64,000 nucleotides of DNA from Planctomycetota bacterium (GTDB lineage: Bacteria > Planctomycetota > GCA-002687715 > CAIWVZ01): the NCBI GenBank assembly GCA_044222185.1, contig JBGANV010000004.1, positions 472,608 to 536,607 on the forward strand, written 5' to 3'. The position numbers and the translations under genes were made by a program. This document shows, in pieces, positions 40,060 through 48,655 of this stretch. Under the pieces are notes generated by a model. The model saw only the letters and a list, made by a program, of their open reading frames with translations. It was not told where the DNA came from and did no database searches. The number at the start of each line of letters is the position of its first letter. Positions within the stretch are counted from its first letter, which is position 1.

Positions 40060-42522
40060 GTGCGCCGCGATGGGCCGGAGTTCATGATGAGCGGATTCGC
40101 CGACGTCGAAGACGTCCTCCGGGACGAGACACCCGTCCTCTTGGTGGCCGAGCAAGACTCGTTCGTGTCGAACGGGAACGTCTTCTGCGTCCTCGTGCCG
40201 CTGATGACGAACGACGGCGAGCGGTTCGAAGATCCCGTCGAGGCGTTCCCGAACCGTGGCCGCGTTTGGTGGCTCGCGGGACACGATGGGATCGACCGTG
40301 AACCTCGCCACGGCGACATCGTCACGGGATCCATCGAGCCCGCCCCGAACTACACGACCAAGGACCCTGAGAAGGAGCGCTACCAGATCCGGAGAGGATG
40401 GCGCCCCGGAAGCACGCGCTGGTGGCAGGTGCTCGACTTGTCCGAGCGCAACCTCGAGGTCCCGGATCTCGTCGCGGATGCGGGGATCCCGTGGGAGTCG
40501 GGCGCCCCAGTCACGCGCATCGTCGTCAGGCTCAAGGACGCGGTGGTGGGGCCCTTCAATGCCAGATTGGAGGACGACGGGGAGTCCTTGCTGCTCACGG
40601 CCCTGAATCTCTCGAAGCCCACGGCGCGGCGCCTCCCGCTCGCCGAATTCAGCCGACTCACGACGACTGAACGGTTCGACGATCTCACGGTCTTTCCGAA
40701 CAACCGACGCGTGGGTGCCGTGCCGTTCCCGCTTGAGTTCCTCCACGAACGCTATGCCAAGGTCCTCGACCAGGGCGCGCTCGTCGATGCGTCGAACGAG
40801 AAGTCCCTCGTGAAGTGGGCCCTGGGAGTCGCCCAGGTCACTTCTGCGCAGCGCAATGCCTTTACCGATGCCCTCGGGAGGGTGGCAAGCTACGTCGCGA
40901 AGGACGAGCCGGACGCCGCCGAGCGGATGCAGCGCTTCAAGGCCATCTGCAACAGCGCCGAGCGCGTGGCGGCCCTGGGGCCGGAAATTGCCGCCGAACT
41001 CGCGCGCACCGACGGATTCCGCAAGCTCGTCGAAGACCACATCGCGGAGATCACCACCAAGCGCATCGAGGACGAAGTCTTGCGGCGAAAAGTCGACATC
41101 GAGGCGGCCATCACGGCCCTCGAGAAGCGCCGCTCAGCGCTGGAGGTGGAGTACGACGATGCCAAGAAGCGCCAGGAGGAGGCTCTGGCGCGCGACAACA
41201 AGGCCCGTCTGGAGGACCTGGATCGCCGCGAGAACGAAGTCGCGCGCCGGGAACAGGCGGCGGACGAGAAGGAGCAGGGCATCGCAGCCCGACTCGAGAA
41301 GCTGATCGAGACCTACCGAAGCGAATCCGAGCGCGTCGGCAACGAGATCCTCACCCAGCTTCCGATCCTCATGCGCACGGGGATCGGACCGCAAGCATCC
41401 GCCCCACCGCGCGAGTCTCCCACGGCCGCGCGAGCGATCGGCGCCGTCTTCCTGGAGCGTCCCGTCCCGCAGGAGGCGATCACGGAGTCGCAGTTCCTCG
41501 ACCAGCTCCGTTCCGTCGCAGCGGCACGCGGCTGCGTCTTCTCCGAGGATGACCTCAAGAACTTTCATGTGACGGTGAAGACGGGCACTTGGTCCGTGCT
41601 CGCAGGATCGAGTGGCATCGGAAAGAGCACACTCCCGCGGATCTATGCCGAGGCGCTCGGCATGAAGAACGAGTTCCTCGAGATCGCGGTGCGGCCGGAT
41701 TGGCTCGACGACCGCGACGTCGTCGGCGCATTCAACCCCCTCACCTCCCGCTTCGAACCGGCGGCGACGGGCCTCGTCGATCGCTTGGTCACCGCCTACG
41801 AGGACGCCACGAGCGGGCGAGGCGGCGTGTACGTCATCTGCCTCGACGAAATGAACCTCGCCCGCGTCGAGCACTACTTCGCGCAGTTCCTCAGCATCCT
41901 CGAACGGCCGGAGGGTGAGCGGACGCTGACGCTCTTCGGGCAGGCACTCGAGCGCTCGGGGGATCCCTACTCGCGCTATCGAGAACTCCAATTGGGGGAC
42001 AACCTCCGGTTCGTCGGCACGGTCAACATCGATGAGACGACGCACTTCTTCAGTCCGAAGGTGCTCGACCGCGCGGCGATCGTGACGCTCGAGGACTCGG
42101 ACCATTCGAGGCAGCAGGCCCGGACCCTCAAGTCCCGCGAACTGGCTGTGCGGCCGGTCCACATCGATGTCTATCGGTCATGGATCAAGGACCACCCGGC
42201 TGCGCCAGCGACCGTCCGCGAACTCCTGCTGCAGGTGGATGCGCGGCTCCGGCGCATGCGGAGCGGGCTCGGATTCCGGCTCTTCAACCGCATGCTCAAG
42301 TACGTGGCATCGTCCGCGGATCTACTCGCACCGGATCGCGCTCTCGACTTCGCGCTGGCGCAGTCGATGCTTCCCCGGATCCCGACCCATCATCCGGAAT
42401 TCCAAAAGGAAGGGGCTGCGCTGCTCGAGCTGCTGCCCGCCGACCGTTTCCCCCGCGTCGCGCGGATCCTGGGACCGATGAAGGACTCGGGCGGAGAGCA
42501 TGGCTTCTTCCAGCTCGTTTGA
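40060..42522 (+). CDS. McrB-like AAA+ GTPase with long N-terminal region and coiled coil
   Basis: Walker A GSSGIGKS, 'VRPDWLD', 'LDEMNLARVEHYF', 'GTVNIDET', 'FSPKVLDRA'. Confidence 0.88.
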   Translation: MRRDGPEFMMSGFADVEDVLRDETPVLLVAEQDSFVSNGNVFCVLVPLMTNDGERFEDPVEAFPNRGRVWWLAGHDGIDREPRHGDIVTGSIEPAPNYTTKDPEKERYQIRRGWRPGSTRWWQVLDLSERNLEVPDLVADAGIPWESGAPVTRIVVRLKDAVVGPFNARLEDDGESLLLTALNLSKPTARRLPLAEFSRLTTTERFDDLTVFPNNRRVGAVPFPLEFLHERYAKVLDQGALVDASNEKSLVKWALGVAQVTSAQRNAFTDALGRVASYVAKDEPDAAERMQRFKAICNSAERVAALGPEIAAELARTDGFRKLVEDHIAEITTKRIEDEVLRRKVDIEAAITALEKRRSALEVEYDDAKKRQEEALARDNKARLEDLDRRENEVARREQAADEKEQGIAARLEKLIETYRSESERVGNEILTQLPILMRTGIGPQASAPPRESPTAARAIGAVFLERPVPQEAITESQFLDQLRSVAAARGCVFSEDDLKNFHVTVKTGTWSVLAGSSGIGKSTLPRIYAEALGMKNEFLEIAVRPDWLDDRDVVGAFNPLTSRFEPAATGLVDRLVTAYEDATSGRGGVYVICLDEMNLARVEHYFAQFLSILERPEGERTLTLFGQALERSGDPYSRYRELQLGDNLRFVGTVNIDETTHFFSPKVLDRAAIVTLEDSDHSRQQARTLKSRELAVRPVHIDVYRSWIKDHPAAPATVRELLLQVDARLRRMRSGLGFRLFNRMLKYVASSADLLAPDRALDFALAQSMLPRIPTHHPEFQKEGAALLELLPADRFPRVARILGPMKDSGGEHGFFQLV

Positions 42523-44266
42523 GGTCCTGCTTTCGCAGCGGGGCCACCTCGTCGCCCGGATCGCCTCTGGTGCAGGGGGTGTCGTCTCGCGTGAGATCTC
42601 CGAGCCGCTCGACGGCGCGGCGCCCTTCGAGGTAGCGATCCGGCGCGAAGGGCCACTCCATGGCACTCTGCGCGTCACGATCGAAGACGAAGACATGATC
42701 CTGCTTCTTCCGGGCGATACGTCCGTCCGCGCGGAAGCCCACGGGCTCGACGGTGAGTTCGGCGACGTGGTGCTGCGGTGCATCGAGGAGCGCGCCGAGC
42801 GCGACGGCGATCCGAGTGCCACTGTCGAGGTGCTCATCGAGGTTCGCGCGTCGGCGGAGGTTGTCGCAGCGCACGCCGGCGTCCTGGCCGACCTCGAGCG
42901 GGTGCATCGAGACCTCGCCCTCGACGTCATCGCAAGGACGCACCACCGCGGAGGTGGGACGACGGGCATCCACATGTCCGCACCCGAAGAAGAACTGGCA
43001 CGACTCGCGCGCCTCGAGCGCCGAATGACAGAGGCCGTTCACCGTATCGGTTCCCAGCCGTCGACGGAGGTGAGGAGGACGGTCGAGCGACGCCGTTGGA
43101 AGCCTGGCGTCCGCCTGCGTCCCCACGCGCTTCGCGCCGCGATTCTGGACCCCGAGACGAAGATCGAGAACGGCCGCATCGTCGCCCTCGGGCGCGCCGT
43201 GACGGAGAGCTCCGAGCTCTCGCGCGATATTGCAGAACACCGGCAGATTCGTTCGGGGATCGAGCGACTCCGCGCGAGATGCCGTGCGCTCCAGAGGTGG
43301 TGCGCGGAAGCAGCGCTTCAGTTGACGCAGGAAGCTGAGCGGTGGGGAGGCGATCGGTCGGAAGACTCGATCTATCATCAGGCAACCGCCCCGCGCCTCG
43401 ATCGGCTCGAGACCATCGCGGACCGGGCGTTGCGAATCGACCACGAGCTGCGCCAGATCATCGAGAGGGAACCGTTCCTTCGGGTCGCCGGGGGAGCGCG
43501 CATGCAGCTCGCGCCCACGCCGCTCTTTCTGAATCGGCCGGAGTACCGTCAGGCGTACGTCGCCCTTCGCGAGCTCAACCGTGAAGGATTCGTGTCATTC
43601 ACCGGCGATGAGCTTCGCCTGCGGTTCAAGGCGTTCAGCAGGCTCTACGAGTACTGGTGCTTCATCGCCGTCGTGGAGCTTCTGTCCGAGATCCTCGAAA
43701 GCTCCCCGTTCCCATCACGCTTCAATCTGGTGGACGATCTCTATCGCCCAGATCTCGCTCCGGGTCAGACGTTCAGGTTCGAGGTGGGCGGTGGGGTCCG
43801 CGTATTTGCCACCTACGAGCCGGACATTCGGTGTCCGTCCGACGGCGACTCACTGGCGGCGGACGTGGAACGCCCTTCGTCGCGCTGGGTCGCGGAACTC
43901 TCGACTGCTCCACTTCGTCCCGACATCGTCGTCGAGGTGAGCCGTCCCAACCGCCCGCCATGCGCCCTCGTGCTCGACGCAAAGTGCCGGTGGCATTTCG
44001 ACCGTCACATGCTTTGGGAAGCCAGTGACTACCGCACGCGCGTGTTCGATCCTGCGACGGGCGCGCAGCCCATCCGACAGGTCTTCTTCCTGCACCCGAA
44101 TGCGCGCGCGCGGAATGTCGAGAACATGCGGGGCTATTTGGCTGCCCGTCGCGGAAGCCTGGACAACTCGATCATTGGTGCCGTGGGATTCGCACCCGAC
44201 CATCGGTCAAATGCAAGGCTCGTGATCGCGCGCTTCGTCGATCTCGCGGCCATCGATAGCGCGTGA
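42500..44266 (+). CDS. McrC-like DUF2357/PD-(D/E)xK nuclease
   Basis: 'LYEYWCF', 'RPDIVVE...LVLDAK'; overlaps the end of the McrB-like gene. Confidence 0.82.
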   Translation: MASSSSFEVLLSQRGHLVARIASGAGGVVSREISEPLDGAAPFEVAIRREGPLHGTLRVTIEDEDMILLLPGDTSVRAEAHGLDGEFGDVVLRCIEERAERDGDPSATVEVLIEVRASAEVVAAHAGVLADLERVHRDLALDVIARTHHRGGGTTGIHMSAPEEELARLARLERRMTEAVHRIGSQPSTEVRRTVERRRWKPGVRLRPHALRAAILDPETKIENGRIVALGRAVTESSELSRDIAEHRQIRSGIERLRARCRALQRWCAEAALQLTQEAERWGGDRSEDSIYHQATAPRLDRLETIADRALRIDHELRQIIEREPFLRVAGGARMQLAPTPLFLNRPEYRQAYVALRELNREGFVSFTGDELRLRFKAFSRLYEYWCFIAVVELLSEILESSPFPSRFNLVDDLYRPDLAPGQTFRFEVGGGVRVFATYEPDIRCPSDGDSLAADVERPSSRWVAELSTAPLRPDIVVEVSRPNRPPCALVLDAKCRWHFDRHMLWEASDYRTRVFDPATGAQPIRQVFFLHPNARARNVENMRGYLAARRGSLDNSIIGAVGFAPDHRSNARLVIARFVDLAAIDSA

Positions 44267-44595
44267 GGCGACGGGGAATCGCTGAGCTGCCGTGCGACGA
44301 ACGCGGGAGGCGTCCATTGATCTTCGTGGCCCCCCCCGGACGTAACGCGGCGGCGCTGGCCCCGCGACGCGATCGCCTCGCCCATAATGTCATGGAGCCG
44401 TGAACCGAGTGGCGCTGGTCTTCGATCAACGCTGCACCTCGAAGTCCGCCTTCGTCATGAGTCCGGAGCGGTGCGGGACGAGGCCCGGGTTCGTAGGCAA
44501 CACGCCGCCCGCACGGGCGTTCGCGCCGGTGAGAGGTTGGAGAGGATGGCGCGGTCGGTCCTGCCGCTCGGCCGACGCCGCTTCGACGCACTCGC

Positions 44596-45750
44596 TTAGA
44601 CGCCCGACGCGAGCCGCGACTTGGCGTCGTTGATCGTCGGAAGGACGACGTTCCGGAAGTAGGGGCGCTCACTCGTCGACCAGTTTTGATCGGCCCACGC
44701 GCTCGGATGCGAAAAGTGCGCCGCCAATGAGCGCGACGACCCGAGGTCGAGGACGGAAAGGTGATCGGTGAGAACGGTGGTGCTCTCCGCGATTGCTTCG
44801 AACGGCGCTTGGCCCTGGAGGATCACGATGGTCGGCTCCAGGATTCTCAGCGTCTCGAACAGGTGGCGCCGGCACTGACTCTTCATCACCCGTGAGGCAC
44901 GATCCTTCTTCCCGCCGGCCGGGCTCACCGCCGAGCAGAGAAGCGCGTTCACGAGAGCGAAGTAGTTGTAGAGATGGTTCGCCCAAGTCCTGTCACCTAT
45001 GAACTCGACACCGTCGTCGGTTGGAAGCCCGAAGACGGCGCGCAGGGCAAGCAGTGTGCCGCGCATGTGCGGCGTTCGCCTTTCAATGCCTTCGGCGTCT
45101 TTGCGCAGCATCGCCGTTCGTTTACCGAAGGACACGTGCGACGGTTTGTGGCCGTAGGACATCGCGACCACCACCACGCGCAGGTCGAGTCTGTCGATGC
45201 GGACGTCGTATCGCGAGCCCACATGGGAGAGCTGGCCCTCGTAGAAGCACATTCCTGCGACAGACTCGCGACATTGCAGCGCGCTCGTGCAGACGAACTG
45301 GGAACCGTCCATGACCTCTCGGGTCATGTAGTTCGAGAGCCGGGCGATCCGCTCTTGAGTGCGGGAGGTGTTCGTTGCGAAAGAGGGGTGGCCTACGGCG
45401 CTGGTCGGGAATGCGGCGCGCGGTGGCGGGGATGACAGTTGGCACGGCGGGGTCGCTTCAAACTCGGTGGAGGTGACTGCAGGTGCTCCTCCTTGAACTG
45501 ATCTGCCGACGACCCACAGCCGCGCGGGCGCGCCCGACGGGTCATCCGGGCCGATGCCGATGATGTCGCCGCCGTAGGGTTGCTTCCCTTCGCGCCTGCG
45601 GTTTCTGACTTCGAAAAAGAACTGGCGCACCCGGCCCTCGGGTCGTGCGTACTGCGGGAAATGCCGCGTAAGTTCGCGGGCGAGGTCCGCCTCATTCATC
45701 GGCGCCGGCGCACGCCGGACGAGATCTGCGATCGAAGCGTATTTCTCCAT
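44596..45750 (-). CDS. Uracil-DNA glycosylase superfamily protein with extra N-terminal domain
   Basis: 'LRVVVVA', 'NALLCS', 'CRRHLFETLRILEPTIVILQG', 'FSHPSA' match UDG-fold motifs. Confidence 0.7.
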   Translation of the reverse strand: MEKYASIADLVRRAPAPMNEADLARELTRHFPQYARPEGRVRQFFFEVRNRRREGKQPYGGDIIGIGPDDPSGAPARLWVVGRSVQGGAPAVTSTEFEATPPCQLSSPPPRAAFPTSAVGHPSFATNTSRTQERIARLSNYMTREVMDGSQFVCTSALQCRESVAGMCFYEGQLSHVGSRYDVRIDRLDLRVVVVAMSYGHKPSHVSFGKRTAMLRKDAEGIERRTPHMRGTLLALRAVFGLPTDDGVEFIGDRTWANHLYNYFALVNALLCSAVSPAGGKKDRASRVMKSQCRRHLFETLRILEPTIVILQGQAPFEAIAESTTVLTDHLSVLDLGSSRSLAAHFSHPSAWADQNWSTSERPYFRNVVLPTINDAKSRLASGV

Positions 45751-45898
45751 GAGCGTCCCGGTGATCGTACCGAAAGCGATGAACGGAGGTTCCTGGAGTT
45801 GCCGCCCCGCCCTGTACCGCATTCATCCGGCATCGCACTTCGTTCCCCGATCCGACTGTGCGGCAGGGAACTCAGACGCCACCGTCGAAGCAGTCCGC

Positions 45899-47194
45899 CT
45901 ACCCAGTGACTACGGCCTGGTCCGTCGCCGCGAACGTCGTACGTCGCGGCGCGATCAGTTCGGCGTAGGGCGCGAACGCCTCGTCGACGATATCCCGCAG
46001 CAGCGCATCCGACCTGCCCATGTAGTGCCGCTCGGCGACGGACATGTTCCTCCCGCCTGCGGAGTGGCGGAGCAGCCGGCTGATGACGGACACATCGTTC
46101 CCGGCCTCCGCGAGGATGGTGGCGTACGTCTTGCGCCACCGCTTCCACGTGAAGCCCGGCATTTGCTTCTGGATCGTACGCAGCATCCTCGCGAGCGAGT
46201 TTGGCGTGACCTGCCCGTCGCGGGACGCGGTCCAGATGAAGCCGGACTCGCGGCGCCGCTCGATGAAGAGCGGCCACGCCGCGAGCGGGATCGGCTGCCA
46301 CTGGCGCGCCTGCCGCACCTTGGCGCCGTGGGACTCGGCGACGAAGATGAACCTGTTCTCCCAGTTCACATGCTCCCAGCGCGCCCCGCGGATCTCGACG
46401 GGCCGCAGGCCCAGGACCATGAGCCCGACGCCGAGCCACTCCATGTAGCTCCACCCCTCGGGCCGGAACCGGACGGGCGCGCGCACGAACTCGAAGAACG
46501 CCTTCACCTCGTCGTCCGTGAACGGGTTCGGCTCCGGAAGCTCCTCCTTCGGCCTGCGATAGGTGAGACGCGGGTCCTGCTTCAGCCAGCCCTTCCGTGT
46601 CGCGAAGTGGAAGAGCATCGAGAGCTGCTTCATCTTCGAGCAGACGCCCGAGTTCCTGCAGCCGCGCGCGAAGAGCTTCTTCTCGTACCGCTTGAAGTCG
46701 AGGTCGGACACGAGGTCGACGGCCTTGTCGCCCGCCACGCCGGCGAACTCGCGGAAGATGGCGCCGAGCGACTTCCGATAGGCCGGCGCCTGCCGTTCGC
46801 CGTAGAGCTCGAAGAACGTGTCGATCGCCTTCGACAGCGTCGGCGGGCCCGCCTCGAACGTCTCGGGACGCGCGGATGCAAGGCTGCGGAGGAATGCGTC
46901 ACGCAGCTGACGGGCGAGGTGCTCCGCCGTCTTCGTCGGCTTCCGGACCGTCTCCTCGTTCGGGATCGCGATGCCCGCGTCGGCGTACTTCTCGGGCACG
47001 CAGTTCATGAACTTCCGCTCGTGCGTGAACGGGTCGCGGTACGGGAACCGCCACACGCGCCGCGCCGCGAACCACCAGACCTCGCCGGTAATCGGGCGGA
47101 GGGCGCGCGTGGGCTTCGCGAGGATCGTCGTGTCTTCCACGGTTGTGCTCACGTCGACAGTCACGCTCGTCTCGTCGATCGAGTCAAGGCTCAT
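45899..47194 (-). CDS. Tyrosine integrase
   Basis: 'GLRPVEI', 'KRWRKTYAT' (HxxR variant), 'LLRHS', 'RHY'; start uncertain. Confidence 0.88.
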   Translation of the reverse strand: MSLDSIDETSVTVDVSTTVEDTTILAKPTRALRPITGEVWWFAARRVWRFPYRDPFTHERKFMNCVPEKYADAGIAIPNEETVRKPTKTAEHLARQLRDAFLRSLASARPETFEAGPPTLSKAIDTFFELYGERQAPAYRKSLGAIFREFAGVAGDKAVDLVSDLDFKRYEKKLFARGCRNSGVCSKMKQLSMLFHFATRKGWLKQDPRLTYRRPKEELPEPNPFTDDEVKAFFEFVRAPVRFRPEGWSYMEWLGVGLMVLGLRPVEIRGARWEHVNWENRFIFVAESHGAKVRQARQWQPIPLAAWPLFIERRRESGFIWTASRDGQVTPNSLARMLRTIQKQMPGFTWKRWRKTYATILAEAGNDVSVISRLLRHSAGGRNMSVAERHYMGRSDALLRDIVDEAFAPYAELIAPRRTTFAATDQAVVTG

Positions 47195-47522
47195 CAGAAA
47201 GCTGCTGCGATGCGCCGGACCGACGCGCGCTCCAAGTTGCGATCTGAATGGTGGAGATGCTCAGTCCTACCGCGTTCACGAGCCCCTGGATGAACAGCGA
47301 TTGGCGCGATGCGGGGTCGTTGGCCTCGTTGCTCGTGAGGTACTCGACAAGAATTACCTGCGCATCGTCGTAGAGCCGAAACAGCGTCTTGCTGATGAGG
47401 CGAATGCGCTGCCGGTCACGCGTCTCGGCGCGGAGCCGCCGCTGGGCCGCGACGATCTTGTTCATCAACTCCATCCAAGCACGCGGTATCTCGTTGTCCT
47501 TCGCGAAGCTGACCATGTTCAT
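47184..47522 (-). CDS. Hypothetical protein
   Basis: GAGGAG RBS; overlaps both neighbours (translational coupling). Confidence 0.6.
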   Translation of the reverse strand: MNMVSFAKDNEIPRAWMELMNKIVAAQRRLRAETRDRQRIRLISKTLFRLYDDAQVILVEYLTSNEANDPASRQSLFIQGLVNAVGLSISTIQIATWSARRSGASQQLSDEP

Positions 47523-47812
47523 GTCTCCTCTTGGGTTGTTATTGATGCGTGCCGCTCCGGCTTCGTGCGGCGTCCCTGGCGATCAATTCGATTCGTGAGC
47601 TTCAGCGCGAGGACTCCGTCGCCGGCGTCATGGGGCAGTCGTCCCGTGATGAGACTTTCGACCATCGTGAGGCTCACGAGGTCGACGCCGCAGAGCTGTG
47701 CGAATTGAACCCGTCCCTCCGAAGCCCAGTTTCGGATCGTCTTCTCAGACCTGCCAACCATGGCGGCGAATTCCGCGACCGTGTAGTAGGTGTCGAGCTT
47801 GCCGACGATCAC
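47519..47812 (-). CDS. Excisionase-like helix-turn-helix protein
   Basis: 'YYTVAEFAAMVGRSEKTIRNWASEG'. Confidence 0.8.
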   Translation of the reverse strand: MIVGKLDTYYTVAEFAAMVGRSEKTIRNWASEGRVQFAQLCGVDLVSLTMVESLITGRLPHDAGDGVLALKLTNRIDRQGRRTKPERHASITTQEET

Positions 47813-48096
47813 GGCGTAGCCCTCGCATGCTCACGAAGGACGGCGGCCTCGATCCGCGCTTTGAGCGATGCATCGATCGGAATTGCGACGAGGTGCCGTG
47901 TCCCGTCTTGCGAGCGCCGCACGGGCCACGAGACGTAGCGGCGGCCGGTGATGGAGACACGGATTGCGATGCCGGAAATCATCCATCCGCCGACGATGAC
48001 GCTCGCGAATGAGAGCAAGCCCGCGCGTCGGAGCCCCTCGGACGCGAGCGTGATGCGCACGTCGTCGACGGTCGATGAGGTCGATGTGCGGTTCAT
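47809..48096 (-). CDS. SpoVG-like nucleic-acid-binding protein
   Basis: 'DVRI...LLSFASVIVGGWMISGIAI...YVSWP...PIDASLKARIEAAVL' pattern; GGAGG RBS. Confidence 0.7.
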   Translation of the reverse strand: MNRTSTSSTVDDVRITLASEGLRRAGLLSFASVIVGGWMISGIAIRVSITGRRYVSWPVRRSQDGTRHLVAIPIDASLKARIEAAVLREHARATP

Positions 48097-48218
48097 CGGA
48101 CCTCCGGGCCGGCTGTGCGGACGATCAGGACGTAGCCGCAATAGGCGCACCGCCACGTTCCGACGTCGAGCTCTCGGAGCGCCTCGCGGCAGACGGGGCA
48201 GACGAGGACGATGGTCAC
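48093..48218 (-). CDS. Small zinc-ribbon protein (41 aa)
   Basis: CPVC-x13-CAYC; 4-nt overlaps with both neighbours. Confidence 0.55.
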   Translation of the reverse strand: MTIVLVCPVCREALRELDVGTWRCAYCGYVLIVRTAGPEVR

Positions 48219-48655
48219 GATCCCCCTCCCGCAAACACGTGCTGCTGGGGCTTGGTCGCGCCTCCCGCCGTCAGCGGAGCGATACCCCACAAAAACTCGT
48301 AGAACCGCTCCATCTCCGGAACGGTCGGGTTGCGACTCCACAGATCGCAGCCGGTGATGCGATGGAACATGAACGCGAGGCTCGTGGCGTGGCGACGGCG
48401 ATATTCGGCCATCGTGTCGACGAGGTTGAAGCCGCGATGCGCACCGCCCGCTTCGTGCCTGTCGTCAAGCCACGGATCCCTCGCTGGGGCAGGCGCATGG
48501 AGGACCGCGCGGATTGCGATCGTGCGCGCTTGTAGCTGCGCGATCAGTTTGTCCGTGAGGACACCGTTCGCGTCTCGGAATGAGAGCCCCTCGGGCGAGT
48601 CCTCGATGCGGACGCCCCGGCCTGCGAGTTCCTGGACGATCCGGTGGGCGCTCAT
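48215..48655 (-). CDS. Primase-associated protein (TubC N-terminal-like domain)
   Basis: 'IVQELAGRGVRI...GLSFR...VLT...LIAQL' pattern; coupled to the primase stop. Confidence 0.6.
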   Translation of the reverse strand: MSAHRIVQELAGRGVRIEDSPEGLSFRDANGVLTDKLIAQLQARTIAIRAVLHAPAPARDPWLDDRHEAGGAHRGFNLVDTMAEYRRRHATSLAFMFHRITGCDLWSRNPTVPEMERFYEFLWGIAPLTAGGATKPQQHVFAGGGS

